NCBI RefSeq assembly: GCF_964204645.1 | Contig: NC_134029.1 | Location: forward strand, 21,694,950 to 21,758,949 | Origin: Tubulanus polymorphus | Lineage: Eukaryota; Animalia; Nemertea | Direction: 5' to 3' | Length of the DNA stretch: 64,000 bases | In this document: in pieces, positions 28,912 to 42,700 of the stretch | How positions within the stretch are numbered: the stretch's first letter is position 1 | Layout of the letters: each line of letters opens with the position of its first letter | Notes under the pieces: generated by a model | Told to the model about the DNA's origin: nothing | What the model saw: only the letters and a program-made list of their open reading frames with translations | The model's database searches: none | Program-made: the position numbers and the translations under genes

Positions 28912-31900
28912 ATGAGGATTTACAAGAAAAGTGTTCTACTATTAGTGGTGGGATTATTGTTCGTATTCATAACGTGGATCGCTGTGCTAACTGGACCAGG
29001 TATGAGATTTTATGGCGTTTTTCTTTCTCTTTTTCGTCAAATCGAAAATCTTCTTTAGAAAAGTTTGGAAATTATCGAATCAGTTGCTCAATTACTTTTA
29101 GCCTTCATTATTAACCATAAACAATTTAAAAAATTCATACATTTTGCTGACCTGACTAAGATTATTACTATTAGAGAGTAGAGTTCCTAAGCAAATTATT
29201 CTTAAAAGTTCAGGGTCCGGTCCACAGTCATGGCTTAGACTTAAGACCGTCTTAAACCGTCTTAGTTCTATAGCCAATCTAACAACTTTAGACCAGTTTT
29301 GTGATTTGAGACCGCTTTTGGACTTAAGTCTGAACTATGTAACTAGCCCTAGAATAATTTCTAGTTAAGTTTCAATTCTACTATTTTTTTATGCCAAATT
29401 ACTCTAATTTTTGGTGTGAATTACTCGTGTAGCCCGGTCTGATTTTGAATCGAGATGACGAAATTTAAAAGATGGGAATATATTTGTCGTTTAAGATTTG
29501 AATCGAGAGGAACTGTTGCAGAAGAAACTGTCTGAATTACGCGACAGGGTTCACTTCGTCGACACGTTGAATAAAGAACGCGAACACGACATAATGATGT
29601 TGAGGAGAAAATTCCACATTCTTCACGAACAGTTGCGTAAAATAAGCGCTAAAAATGAAAGGTAATGAATATAGATGTATATTTCAACGTAAATATGGAT
29701 ATATATGTATGTGACATATTTCTCAACGAGCATCGGTTATTCATGGATTTTAATTTTCACGATAGCTCAGCGTGCAAAAATTTAGATGTGCACTTATCAT
29801 TAACCTTATTAATGTCTTGATGGATTCGAAGGAGCGAAATATTCAACGTGAAATTATGCCCAGCTGTACTGTTCGGGCTAACGATGCATACTTGTATATC
29901 GGAGGGTATTTCAATTTTTCATCGTTCCACAAAAAAATGTTTTGCACCGAAGATATTCATTAGTATATTTTACAACAGATGTCACGTAAACGGCGAAGTA
30001 TGTAGAATACTTAAAATCAGTCGGTGGCAAATGATGTCCAATCATTATACAAACCTGCTAACGGCAGCTTTTGTTAATTGTCAAATTGATGCTGGCGGTA
30101 GCATCATTGTCAACTAGCGATATGGGTTGACTCATTACAGATGTAATTACTAGCTGTGATTATGAAATAGGCGGTCTATATTGTAGCCAGATTGATACAT
30201 GATAACGATGTTTTTATTTCCCCACATGAATAGAGCGGCTAATACCTTAAAACAACTCGAATTAACTTAACTCGATTAAAGGAGGGTGTGATATATTACA
30301 GTTTACGCTGGTCGGCCGGGATGCCCGAATATCTTCGACAAGTATTCTCGAATCTGTCGCTAGCTAATCTCGAGGTACAGCCTCCGAATATTTTTCATCT
30401 GATGCCTCATCTGAGCGAACATCCAGAAGCGTTAGTACCGAAGTTCAAAGTCTCGAATTCCCGGAAGGAAGGTAAGAAGGATGTTCACACGATATTAGAA
30501 ACTCATTCACTAAAAGCTTTGCAACTCATACGAGATGTAGATAATTAGAGAATTGTGTTGCTATTCGTGAATAATGTCATCGGAAAATGTGCATATATGT
30601 ATTCCCTCTTCTACGAGAGAATATTCATGGACATTTTATGATAATTTCTTCTCCGCTCAATGCGTTTATTTACAGTGTCAATAGTAGTCGGCATTCCCAC
30701 CATTAAAAGAGAGGAAGTCATATATCTATACGAAACGTTGAAATCTGTGTTGGATGGTTTGAATGATGAAGAAAAAGACGATTGTCTCATTATTGTTTTC
30801 ATCGCTGAGGTAGGCGTACCCGTATTTACTTTAAGAACGCCTACAAATATATCGACAAAATTTCAATTTTCATATATTTTATCGCTAGCTAATTAAAATA
30901 ACTCCTTGTCAAATTTCAGCCAGATGATCTCAACTATATACACAAGCTCGCCAATGATATAAAAACTCAGTAAGCATTTTCAGTTTGTTCAGCTTTTGAT
31001 AATTAAGGAAAGAACAACATTAATATAGTTATGTGTGTGTTTACTTTTCTTGTCGAGATATCAGTTTTTTTTTTAACGCTTTCCTTTTTTTTCCGGTTTT
31101 TCAGTTTTCCAGCTGCCGTCGACAGCGGTCTTTTGGAAATCATTTCACCTTCTGCGTTGTTCTATCCCAATTTCGACGAGATCCGACAAACCTTGGGCGA
31201 TTCGAAACAGCGAGTCAAGTAAGTTGTGTATCAGTTGACAGCCAGTTAAGTGAGGAAGTGTTTCAATTGTTTTTGGAAAACATGGACAATTTTGGCTTTT
31301 ATTTACAGATGGCGAACTAAACAGAATCTTGATTACTCTTTCCTGATGATGTATGCAAGAACTAAAGGCACATATTATGTACAGGTTAGCACATGTTTAT
31401 ACAGGCGTTGTTGATAATGGGTCCTCCGTTTTTTTTTTGACGCCGAGACAAAATCTTCAAAAAACATTTTTCAGCTGGAAGATGATGTTATAACGAAGCC
31501 AGGATTTTTCTCGGTGATGAAGAATTTTGCTCTCAATCAAAAATCGGAAGATTGGATCTTATTGGAATTTTCACTATTAGGATTCATAGGTAAGCGACAA
31601 GCGTTATTCGTAAGCGTAGGTGATATTAAATCACTCGAATAGATTGTTTGATAGTTCTAATTTCTGATCGCTGTTATTTTTAGGGAAACTTTTTAAATCA
31701 GCAGATTTGCCGACTGTGATTGAATTTTTCCTGATGTTTTATAAGGATAAACCAATCGATTGGCTCCTAGATCATTTACTCAACGTGAAAACTTGTCACC
31801 CTGAAAAAGATAATGTAAGTGGAAGACAACAGTAAAACTATTTTGAGCCGATGTTTTAAGTATCTTTCTAGTCTTATCCAGTAATTTGTCGTATTTTTTG

Positions 31901-32816
31901 TTTTTGTTTTTGTTTTTGTAGAAACATTGCGAAAGAATGAAAGCTAGCGTAAGAATCAAATACAAACCTTCATTGTTTCAACATATAGGAATTCATTCAT
32001 CGTTGAAGGGAAAAATACAAAAGCTGAAGGTAATTCATTCACGAGATCGATATTAATATTGATTTTGTGTCTGTTATGATAATGAATTCGAAGAATTATA
32101 ATAACTTTAATTGTACTTCATTTTCAGGATCGATCATTTGTAGTGGCGAAATTACATCGAGCTCATGCGAATCCACCAGCTGAAGTATCGACAACTCTCA
32201 AAGTTTTCCATTATTATCATTTAGATCGTGCATATCGCGGAGAGACATTCTTCTGGGGTCTAATTCCTCACCCCGGCGATGTGGTTCTTTTCAATTTTTC
32301 ACCTCCGATCGAAATTGAAGGGTGAGTAGTAGTGATTGCTTTGAAGTGAACATTTTTACACCCTCGAGAAAATTACACAATTCTCGATTGATTATTCAGG
32401 TATTACTTTAAAAGTGGAAATGCCGAACATCCTGGCGACCAGTTGTACAATACGACCGTCGAAGTGTTGCCTAAAACGTATATCGATAAAGATTTAGGAT
32501 CTATAGACAATAAACCAGCGGTAACCAATTATCCTCGCACCAATGATGGTTACCTGATCATCGGCAGTTTCAGTCTGGGTGTAGCTCAGAATACAGTATT
32601 ACCTAGTATTGGTCCAGTGACTAAATTGCGACTACACATTCATTCCGCTAGTGCTAACTGGGTTATATTAAGTGAGGTAAGAATGATCCCCTGTTTGTTC
32701 GAACGGTGCGTTCTTATCGATAAATTCAACCGGATACTGGATATTATTTACCGGTATTTTGCTTACAGATTCATATTAAAGCGATGAAAAGAAACACAGG
32801 GAGCAGTCCGCCTTGA
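28912..32816 (+). CDS. MGAT4: Alpha-1,3-mannosyl-glycoprotein 4-beta-N-acetylglucosaminyltransferase (MGAT4A/B-like, GT54)
   Basis: Exons 28912-28999 (type II TM anchor), 29496-29661 (coiled stem), 30302-30471, 30676-30809 ([17 protein letters not shown]), 30920-30969, 31105-31218, 31309-31384 ([13 protein letters not shown]), 31475-31589 ([14 protein letters not shown]), 31684-31814 (KLFK..KPIDWLL), 31922-32029 ([16 protein letters not shown]), 32128-32321 (NPPA), 32400-32676, 32769-32816. Confidence 0.95.
29211..29350. mobile_element. Degenerate MITE in MGAT4 intron
   Basis: Loose TIRs agggtccggtccacagt..agacttaagacc / ggacttaagtctgaactatgtaactagccct. Confidence 0.45.
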
Positions 32817-35215
32817 TCGCTGATATGGTTACTATGCAGGGACAGATCAATCCTCACTTACTGAGATAGTGTTACTAACGTAGTAAGGGAATGATTGTAT
32901 TATCATATTTCATGAGGCAAGAAAGTTTCAAGACACTTTATCAAACCATTTCCCCTCACTACCTATCACTAAAATTTGAATGAAACAAGTGTTAGGTTAT
33001 AATAGTTCAGTGTTTGAAACTGCTGAAGGGACTATGCTCAGTTACTACTCGAAGTATTTATCCGATTCATTTTTGTGTGCCAGTAGGTTTTTGCTGCCAG
33101 TTTGCTAGATCAGAGTTAGCACACTGCTGGCTGGGGTGCAACTGTTTTACAATATTATTTTAAGCTGCTTTAGATTTTATCTATTATGATTCATGTTGGT
33201 CATAAAGTAACCGGTAACAACATTTTAAAATGATTTCGGTGCTCACAATCAAAATTGAATGCAATTTTTTACATATCAATATTTACTGTAAGTCTACTGC
33301 TCACTACGGATTATGAAATACCTATAACTGATGAAATATATCTTCGATATGAAGAACATCCGCTCACAGTCAAGTAAAATTGAAATGAAAACTAGGAATT
33401 AACTATGTGTGTTTAATTCTCTCGATTAGTTCAACGGTGTTCATTCAGTCTTCTGTTACAGTTAATTCTGCTATCAACAGTATTTGCAACAACTGAATTG
33501 GCACAAACGCTCGTGCATGTTACCAAAAATAGATGTATTTTTGATGTTACATATCAATCAACTTCCTAATCAGTGTCAATGGACGAATGTCTTCCTTTTT
33601 TACCGATGATTATAAAATCATTGATTGAATTGATATAGCCAAGTGATTATTAGTGATTCTACTTGTAAATAGATGACATTTGTAATTATGGTTTGTGTGA
33701 ATAATTAAAGTTTAGAGATGATTCTAGTCTTCAGATAAATGGTGCTGATTTGTTGTGCATGTAAAAAAAAACTAGTGTCGCATTTCTTTCTTGTGAATCC
33801 CAGGGATTATTTAAAAAAAAATGTTTTCTCATGACATTAATGACAATGAACTTTTACTCTGCATGAAGCTATATTACCTTATTGTTCTATTGCTATCTTT
33901 AACATTTACAATACTCCGTACATAATATTGATCATCGGTGTGTCAGATCACTTCATTTCATAATCCTTCATATTTTCCACGCTTCTACTTATTAAGATGT
34001 TTTAGGGTAAATCTACTGTTATCGTATACATTAGAACATCGTTTATAACATATTAACGATTGTATGGTAAGCCTAGTCTAACCAAAGATATTTCATTCTG
34101 GGTTAGTTAACCCAGTAAGATGAGGGCAGTTATGTAACTTGGAATAAGTCGGATATGCATCAGGTTAGCGGTTTAGTTATCGAGTTTTAGCATACAAATA
34201 CTAGTGGGTCATTTAGGCGAACTTCGGTTTTTGTATTAAGTCGAATAATGGTGGAAACTTATAATCAAACGCGCTGCAGTTTGAGTAATGCATTTCACAG
34301 CCTCGGCTATCTTGGGAGTTGGTCTACTCTGCTCAATCGGGTGGTCACTATTTCCGGACTAAAGTTCAAACTAACTGACATTTGGTTTCAATAAGTTCGC
34401 GAATAGTAGACTAACTCTGATAAACAAAGTTCCCCTTAGATGCTACTACATGTCCTAGTGGAGAAAAGGACTCTTAGTTTTATTATTCATATAGATATAT
34501 CACACATATCATATGAATTATATCATAGATAATTGGCCAGTTTAAAGTAGTGTAATCGCAGCTTCTTCACTGATTATAAATTGTGTGTACTATACTGCAT
34601 TATTCTTTCTGTACTTTTATTATGCATTTTCAAGGCATTTCTTTCTGATGAAAGTCTCGTCGTTTGTTAGGCCACTAGTTACAAGTTTTAGAAAATGTTT
34701 GTCTTGTAACATGACTTGAAGCAATTTTTTATATTTCCAGGTGTTCTGCTAATCAAATGTATACATTTTGTTGTCACTTATAATAAAATGTATTTATAGA
34801 TATATGAATTCAAGCCTTGTATTCGAATCATTTGGTCGGTTTTGCCAGTGAAATGTCGAACGAATTCCCAAAGTGCATCAGCAGCCATCTGGAGCTTGTT
34901 TGAATTTGAATCGTTTTGCAAGTATGAACATTACAAAGCCTTTTAAGCTCAGAGTGGAAACGTCTGAGGTGTACCAGGTCCTGGTTGCATAACTGTTAAC
35001 GAAGAGGAAGTCGGTGCCGGATAATGGAATGTTTAGAATTCAGACGAGAACGGAGATTTATGTATTCGAAAACACGTCTTTATTCATATTCTAATAAATA
35101 GATAATTTATAAACAATAAAACTTATGTCATGAAAACATTTAACAAAATATACATGGTAACTGACTTTTCTTAAAGTAGTCGGACGGAATTCTGAAATGA
35201 CTTTATAACGGATAT

Positions 35216-38200
35216 CTATGTGTGATGATTGGTTGAATCTGGTGCTGTGTCGTCTTCGTCAGATCCAGCTGCACCCCCTGATGTAAAAGTGATCGGTACA
35301 TTTCTCTCCTAAACGCAAAATATTTGAGAATATTGCTAAATGAAGTAACGGACGACCCTCAGATAACTCCGCATTCTTTAACACTTACCCTCATATCTAG
35401 TATCCTTTCACTCATAGCTTTCAGTTCGAGAGGATCTTTGATAAACAGGAGCTCTTTTTGTAAGCGGTTGATTTTTTTGTTGATATCCCTCTTTCGTTTG
35501 TCTATATCTAACAATTCCAGGTTTGTTTGTTCGCATATCCTAAAATATTGTAGTAGTACAAAGAATTTTATCAATTGAAATTTACGATGAAACTTATGAA
35601 GCTGAAACCAGGTTTTAGAGACTAGTATTACCTTTTACTTGATTCATTCTCAATAGAGTTGAAGTTAACACCAGTCTATAAAACCGGGCCCAGTAGTTTT
35701 TATCTAATAGACACTTACTTGTGATATTGTTTACTCAGTGCATCAGACATAGCTACGCGGTTATCAATCAATTCTTTATAAGTAGGTGCTGCTTCAGTAA
35801 TCATGTTGATTAAGGACTTCAAGACTTTAGTATGTCAAGTCGGCAATTACGTATAAGTGACAGTGCTTTATCTATAGCTACAGTCAACCCCCGATATACT
35901 GCCCTCCCTAAGTCCCATAAACCGCCAAGTTTACCGTCAATGTACATCTCTATTCAAATACATAATAAAACACCCCTAATATACTGCCATACTCTCTATA
36001 CCGTTCTGCACCGATGTGGGTGGTTTATCCGGGGTTGACTGTATTCATGATATAATTGATATCAATCTCAATCGATCTTTCTTAATTTCAATAGATGAAT
36101 TAGATTTGTAAAAGGATATGGTAGTTTAGCGATTTCAGTTCGTTTCATTTTCATGACGTGTTCACCGCTGTTTAATTCTCTCATCTGTAGATAGTGAGCG
36201 ACAAGCGGACTACGACCAAATGTATTAAACATCACTCGCTGTAGAGTCGGTCCCGGACCAATCTGATGCGACTGAAATCAAACCGACAATTATTTCTCGT
36301 GCTGTCGTTATTTCTGAGATTGGGTTCATAGTAGCAAGGGCGGCTGAAGCACAAGTAAACACTTTACAGCAATTATTGATAGTAAAAGCTAGCACATTCT
36401 AAGTAAGGCAAAAGTGACACTTTTCTTATCATTTCAAGACTGCAGCCCTTGTCCTATATATTTTGTTCACACAGATTGATATTTGCAATGTACATAATTG
36501 TCTAAAAGATAATTTGAGACACTTGAAGACAAGAGTAAGCACTTCTTGAAATTTTTGTGAAAAGACTTTTTAAGCGCCTGACTATTTCTTTCCATAAGTA
36601 AGCACTTTTGAGACTTGCTATGAACTCTGCGAGAACCGATGAATTTACCGATAGTGAGCGTGTTATTTACCTCTAATACTTGTAACTTCGGCGTGCCGCA
36701 TTGAGCTTGTCTGGATGTAGATACCACTTGTACATTATTGCTCTGCGGTAAGGACGATACTGTAGTCGTTTTTGTCGGTTCGCGGGATAAAGCCTGCGGA
36801 CTAACGGTAGCGCCGCGAGAAAGCGGACGAGTTTGATCGCCGAGTTTTGTGACCATCTTCTCAAATCCGTCGATATCTAAATCAATACTCGCTAAAAACG
36901 AACAAACGAATGAATTGGATCAATTACAAATCACTATCATGTGTGTTTAATGTAATGTAATAAGAATTGAAGACTTACTGAAGTTTTCTATAGATTGCGT
37001 TGATACAGTTTGCGGTCCACCTTTAGCTATACTGTTTTCATCGCGAATTTGCAGTTGCTTTTTCAGCAATCGTTTAATATTCCAATGAGTCCAACTCTGA
37101 GGCATCGGCTTCACGCCTTCGAGTAAAAACAATATCATACAAATGTAAGGAAAATCTAATGAAAAACACAACAAAAATATGGGTAAAATTAGACCGATGG
37201 TTACCTGTAACCCACTGGTTGATAGTATTCACTAGTTCTAGTTTGAACGAATCGTTGAAATGTTTCAGAGATTCAGGAAACGCTTCGTAATAAGTTGCAT
37301 AAATCGCCTGACACAAACAATCGCTATAATACTACAAAAATAGACATTTGTTTATTGTAGAATCCGTTTTTCAATAATCACGCCGTGCCATTTTCACTCT
37401 TACTTGAAAGAATTTGTCCTTGATTTCAGGATTGATGCTTGTTATCAAGGCGACAAAACTATCGGCAATTCTATCGAACAATAAATCTTGTTCGTGTCCG
37501 CGATTTTTCTGAAATCAAATAAGAATGAATTTATGAGAACGATTAAACATCATCGTTGACTCTTGAGTCAGGCTCTGATATATGTACTTCATACCTCAAA
37601 TTTCTCAATGAAAAACCACCAGAATGAATCTTGCATAATGGCCACTGATGCTTCCGACTGGAAAATCTTCTTCCAAAATTTCTTAAATCCAGCCTACGGT
37701 ATAAATATTGCAGAAGTAAACAAATTAACCTCTATAATGGCAGAAAAGTACCGGTCGCTGAGGATATAAGAATAAGAGATAAATATAGCCGCAGAGATGG
37801 GTTATATGACCGTACAATAAGGTGTACGGGGTTTCATCGAAATCAGTCATTATCAGTTCAATGAATATGGTAAATATGGTACATACATTGTAATCTTGGG
37901 CTTTTGAAACGCGATTCAGAATTTGCGGTGCCTCTAGCTGACTCGGCAATTCGGTGAGTTCTCTTTTACGGAAACCGGGAAATGAGCAAAATTCGACTGC
38001 TTTCTTTCTCATTTCGACGACAGAATCGGTTAAATCCTACAACAAACCAATCAGAGAAATTCAGTAGAATATTTTCAAACGAGTTGATGAAAACATGCGG
38101 TGAAACCCTGATCGAATTTACACATACGCCTAACAACTGAAAATTAGAACCAAATGAGAAATCGTATTCGATTCACACTTGAAACATTAAACAGAACAGA

Positions 38201-38542
38201 TCTGGTTTTTTGAAATCTTACCTTTTTTCTCCTCGGTGATTGATCGGAAACTTCACAAAGTTCTTGAGCTGTAGGAAGAAAGACGAGATATTACAATATT
38301 TTAACAAAATACTTCATCCATTACTTTCACACTGCATCTATCTGAGCACCTGCCTTTGAGGGGAGCGTAGAACATGTTTTGATCAATTTTAGATTCTCGC
38401 GTTTCATCGGTGACCATTTTCTCAGAATATTTTAGCAACGTCGATTCGATTTGCAACAGTTTTTCTTCGAGTGAATCCAGCATTGATAAATCAATGGCTG
38501 CAGCGGGAGAAGGTTAAGGGAGGAACAAACACATATATATAA

Positions 38543-38611
<69 letters not shown>

Positions 38612-39420
38612 TGCCCTTGTTTCGAATAGACTATTTCAACACTTCCCAAACGTCGAAAAAGTCATACAACTGGAGTGCTGCAAACCCAAAGACTTTAAGA
38701 AGAAAAAGGATACGCGCTGCTTCTTTCAACAGTTGAATTACATCGTCAGGACTTTTGAACATGTAATCACTTTCATCCAAAGCAAGTGGACCTTCTGAAG
38801 TCATTCGTTCAGGCCATTCATCCTGTAAGTCAAAAATGAAATAGGCCAATCATTGATCAAGTCTTCATATTCTAACACAAAATAAAGGTGGATTATGCCG
38901 ACATAATAACATTATTTTAGTAGACGCTATTTTGCCAACATCTATATATAATAAGATACTAATAAGAATAATGAAATTATATTAGGTTTTAGGCTAGGGT
39001 TTCAATAGGCTAAGGATCGATAAGGGTCCAGAGGATTAGGGTTAGGTTTAGGGTCCGATCAGGGCTATAGGGGTGAGGGTAACTTAGGTTGAGTGCTATT
39101 CAGTTGGAGTCCATAAGCCTCGCTAGTATAAGTACTGTATAGTTGAAAGGCACTATGCTAGCAATATGCCTGTGGCCCGAGTCTACATCTAAACTAAAAG
39201 TAGTAGTATTAGTATTATGGGAGGTGGACATATTTACCAAATTCTCCATTTCCAAAAATTCCTCATAATTTCTTGGTGGATTATCTTTATTAAACGCTTG
39301 TTTACCAGATTTCAGTTTTTCTGCCGCCTTTTTTTCACGTTTTTCTATCTTGTCGATGACTGCTTGTAATCTCGAGTCGACACCCACCGGTTCAATATCC
39401 CCCTCCATCATATCTTCCAT
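35216..39420 (-). CDS. FAM227B: FAM227-family (FWWh-domain) protein, multi-exon
   Basis: Minus-strand exons give ..[20 protein letters not shown] (37693-37594), [36 protein letters not shown] and [14 protein letters not shown], then a coiled C-terminus and a stop at 35216-35218. The start is uncertain (MEDMM at 39420, or an upstream exon). A versus B assignment is tentative. Confidence 0.85.
35881..36041. mobile_element. Tc1/mariner (pogo-type) MITE in FAM227 intron
   Basis: ta|cagtcaacccccgata ... tatccggggttgactg|ta: TIRs with TA TSD. Confidence 0.8.
38533..38612. repeat. (TA)n microsatellite
   Basis: Long uninterrupted TA run in a FAM227 intron. Confidence 0.95.
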
Positions 39421-39494
39421 CACCGTATCCGTTTCTAAGGACTCGACAATTTGACCGTCGTGAAGTGAACACTGGATTCTCGGTATCACTCGTC

Positions 39495-39558
39495 ACTCGA
39501 TTCAAATTTATTTTATTACTCGATTCAAATTTATTTTATTACTCGATTCAAATTTATT
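39495..39558. repeat. 23-bp tandem triplication
   Basis: actcgattcaaatttattttatt at 39495, 39518 and 39541 (last copy partial). Confidence 0.9.
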
Positions 39559-39728
39559 ATAAATTTTTTAGTGGTAATTAATGTGTAGTTTTTGCACTGT
39601 TATTGAATAAAAAGATATTTTACGTTAAAATTAAATTGTGAATATACAACTTATTTCATCTAATTCATTTGTAGTTGTTATTGTACGGACACGAAACCGG
39701 ACTTGGCGGCAACGTAGACTGGTGCCCG

Positions 39729-39742
39729 GTCTCTATGGAGAC
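39729..39742. promoter_or_regulatory. RFX X-box-like palindrome upstream of FAM227
   Basis: GTCTCTATGGAGAC fits GTNNCYATGGNRAC; an extra GGCAAC half-site lies at ~39708-39713. Confidence 0.55.
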
Positions 39743-39779
39743 ATTCTAAAATAGGGCCAATTTCCCCGAAATTTCCATC

Positions 39780-40950
39780 GAAGATAGAGCTATGCAAGAG
39801 CTACAGCCCGGTGTTTATAATTTTCGCGCGGTGCAAGGGCTCCTTGGGGTCTAATTGACCCCAAAACCCCAAAATAACAAAAATATTGTTAAAAAAATAA
39901 ATAAATTCATAAATGAAATACAAAGCGGTCAACTCTGAAACTTTCAGAGAGGATAGACCTAGTTTAGAGCTACAGCCCAGTATATGGTTATTGCCCGGTG
40001 CAAGGGCTCCTTGAGGGTCTAATTGACCCCTAAAGACCCCAAAATATCAAAAATAATGTTTAGAAATTAATAAGTAAAATACAAAACGGTCAAAGTCTCT
40101 GAAACTTTCAGAGAAGATAGACATAAACAAGAGCTACAGCCCAGTATATAGTTGTTGCCCGGTGCAAGGGCTCATTGGGAGTCTAATTGACGCCCAAAAC
40201 CCCAAAATATCAATAATAATGTTTAGAAATTAATAAGTAAAATACAAAACGGTCAAAGTCTCTGAAACTTTCAGAGAAGATAGACATAAACAAGAGCTAC
40301 AGCCCAGTATATAGTTGTTGCCCGGTGCAAGGGCTCATTGGGAGTCTAATTGACGCCCAAAACCCCAAAATATCAATAATAATGTTTAGAAATTAATAAG
40401 TAAAATACAAAACGGTCAAAGTCTCTGAAACTTTCAGAGAAGATAGATCTAAACGAGAGCTACAGTCCAGTAGATAGTTGTTGCACGGTGCAAGGGCTCC
40501 TTGGGGGTCTAATTAAAGGCCAAAGACCCCAAAATATCAAATATAATGTTTAGAAATTAATAAGTAAAATAAAAAAACGGTCAAGGTCTCTGAAACTTTT
40601 AGAGAAGATAGACCTAAACAAAAGCTACAGCCCAGTTATATAGTTGTTGCCCGGTGCAAGGGCTCCTTGGGGGTTTAATTGACCCCCAAAAACCCACAAT
40701 ATCAAAAATAATGTTTAGAAATAAATAAGTAAAATACAAAACGGTCAAAGTCTCTGAAACTTCAGAAAAGATAGAACTTTTCGAGAGCTACAGTCCAGTA
40801 TATAGTTGTTGCCCGGTGCAAGGGCTCATCGGGGTCAAATTGACGCCCAAAGACCCCAAAATATCAATAATATTGTTTGGAAATTGATAAGTAAAATACA
40901 AAACGGTCAAAGTCTCTGAAACTTTCAGAGAAGGTAGAACTAGTCGAGAT
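39780..40950. repeat. Satellite array, ~163-bp monomer, ~7 copies
   Basis: gagctacagcccagtatatagttgttgcccggtgcaagggctc recurs at ~39798, 39967, 40131, 40295, 40458, 40622 and 40785. Confidence 0.95.
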
Positions 40951-42547
40951 CTGTAGTAATTTGTTCTAGGAATTCGATATCAGATATTGGCGAGGTTAAT
41001 ACCAATTTTAGTGCTATGTTTGATTGAAAAACGGGATCAAATCCGTTTAATATTAATTGATTCCTTTAAACAGGGCCCCATGTCTCCTTGATTCCTTCAA
41101 AACTCCTTTAAAACTGAAAAAGTTGTTAAAAGGTGCTTGAAACTCCTTCAATTTTGAGAAATAGGCAATTAGAAATTTTTGTAGTTGTACATTAGACTAT
41201 GCCTAAATCTGTAAAGTTGGGATGAGGATTTTTCATTACCCAATTACTGGGTAGGCCAGATACTGAATTAGAAGCTAAGTTAAGGTAGTGCTGAGGATAA
41301 AGCTTGCTTACAAAACACTGAATAAACGGCTTACTGAGATAAACAGTACCCATTTATGAGGAGTCTACTGTAATTGGGATTTGAACGTGATGCAGACACT
41401 TCCTCACAATTTGAAAGTTTCTGCCTTAAAACTCCTTACATTCAAACTCAAATTATTCAGCTGAATTTTTTCAGACGGAACTGCAGCAAAAACGATTAAA
41501 CTTTTCACTAAAGAGTTTGAAAAAAAACTACCAAATTCAATTAATTTCTATTAGTCTTATTAGTCGACTATTGGAAGTTAAAGATTGATTCTCTAAGATT
41601 CTTTTAAAGATTGACTCTAGAAAAGGCTAATTTCAACACGATTTAGTTTTTCACCTGAAGCACAGTCTACTTGTCGTTAATTCAAAGATTTTTGGGGATT
41701 TTTGGAGACATTGAGTTTTATTCGTGTTAATTATCCACGCATTATGTTAATTTTCCAGATATTCGTAAATGATAATTAAGGAGGTGAAGAGACGACCGTT
41801 ATTAACTATTTAGGATTTATCGGTTCACCTGTGATGGCTACGAACATGTCCGACTTCAAATGAGTAAGTTTCAAATGTCGACGAAGGCGCCCGTCGTATG
41901 ATTGTTTTTTTCGTCGCCCGGTGTAGATTGATTTTAAGATAGTTATTTTCAAGATCATTTCAAATGATGATGTTTTCGTTAACGTTTGAAGATTTTTATT
42001 TTCGTCGACCAGCGTAGACCAATTTTAAGATGTTATTTTCAAGATGATTTCGTCAGATGATGTTATTTCCATTGGTGAAGATCTTTATTTTCGCGTAATT
42101 TAAATAAATGACTCTGACGATGCCGACGGTGGATGCGGTTGCTGCGGCAACGCAAATGATGACAATGATGATGATGATGATTATTATTTAACCGAGGAGG
42201 AAGAACTTGAATTTATTAAAACGCGTTTTCAAATGATTTTATTGTGGGTTAATATTGAATTTAGACAACCGAGTTTCTTAGGTCATTATTTCTCTCTGTC
42301 CTAGTAGAGTTTATAAACAAATTTCCAAAAGGGTTGATTTATGAGGATATTTGGTGGATGTTAGGCTCCCCCTTCCTTCTCTTTTTGAGATTTACATTTT
42401 TCTTATGAACACTTACGTTTTTTAAAATTTGGTGATTGTTTATTTCACGTATGTTTAGATATTTCAGTCACGGATTTATTTGGAATTTCAACCTGAATTG
42501 AGACAATGAATTCTGAGATATTTTCACCATCTGTAAAACTCTGTTTA

Positions 42548-42700
42548 CAGTGGAACATCGTTTTAACAATTTATCAGTTATTACAAAACTAGAATTTCAT
42601 TGCAGATAAGACAATATCAATTATTTCCATACTTGATATAACGAATTATAACTAACAGATTTTCTGGTGCCCTGAAGTTCGTTGCAACAAGGTTCCGCTG
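42548..42700. mobile_element. Tc1/pogo-type MITE, degenerate
   Basis: ta|cagtggaacatcg ... caaggttccgctg. Confidence 0.55.

Noticed and set aside
38984-39090. Interstitial telomere repeat
   Set aside because: Only scattered, degenerate ttaggg-like words with no true array.
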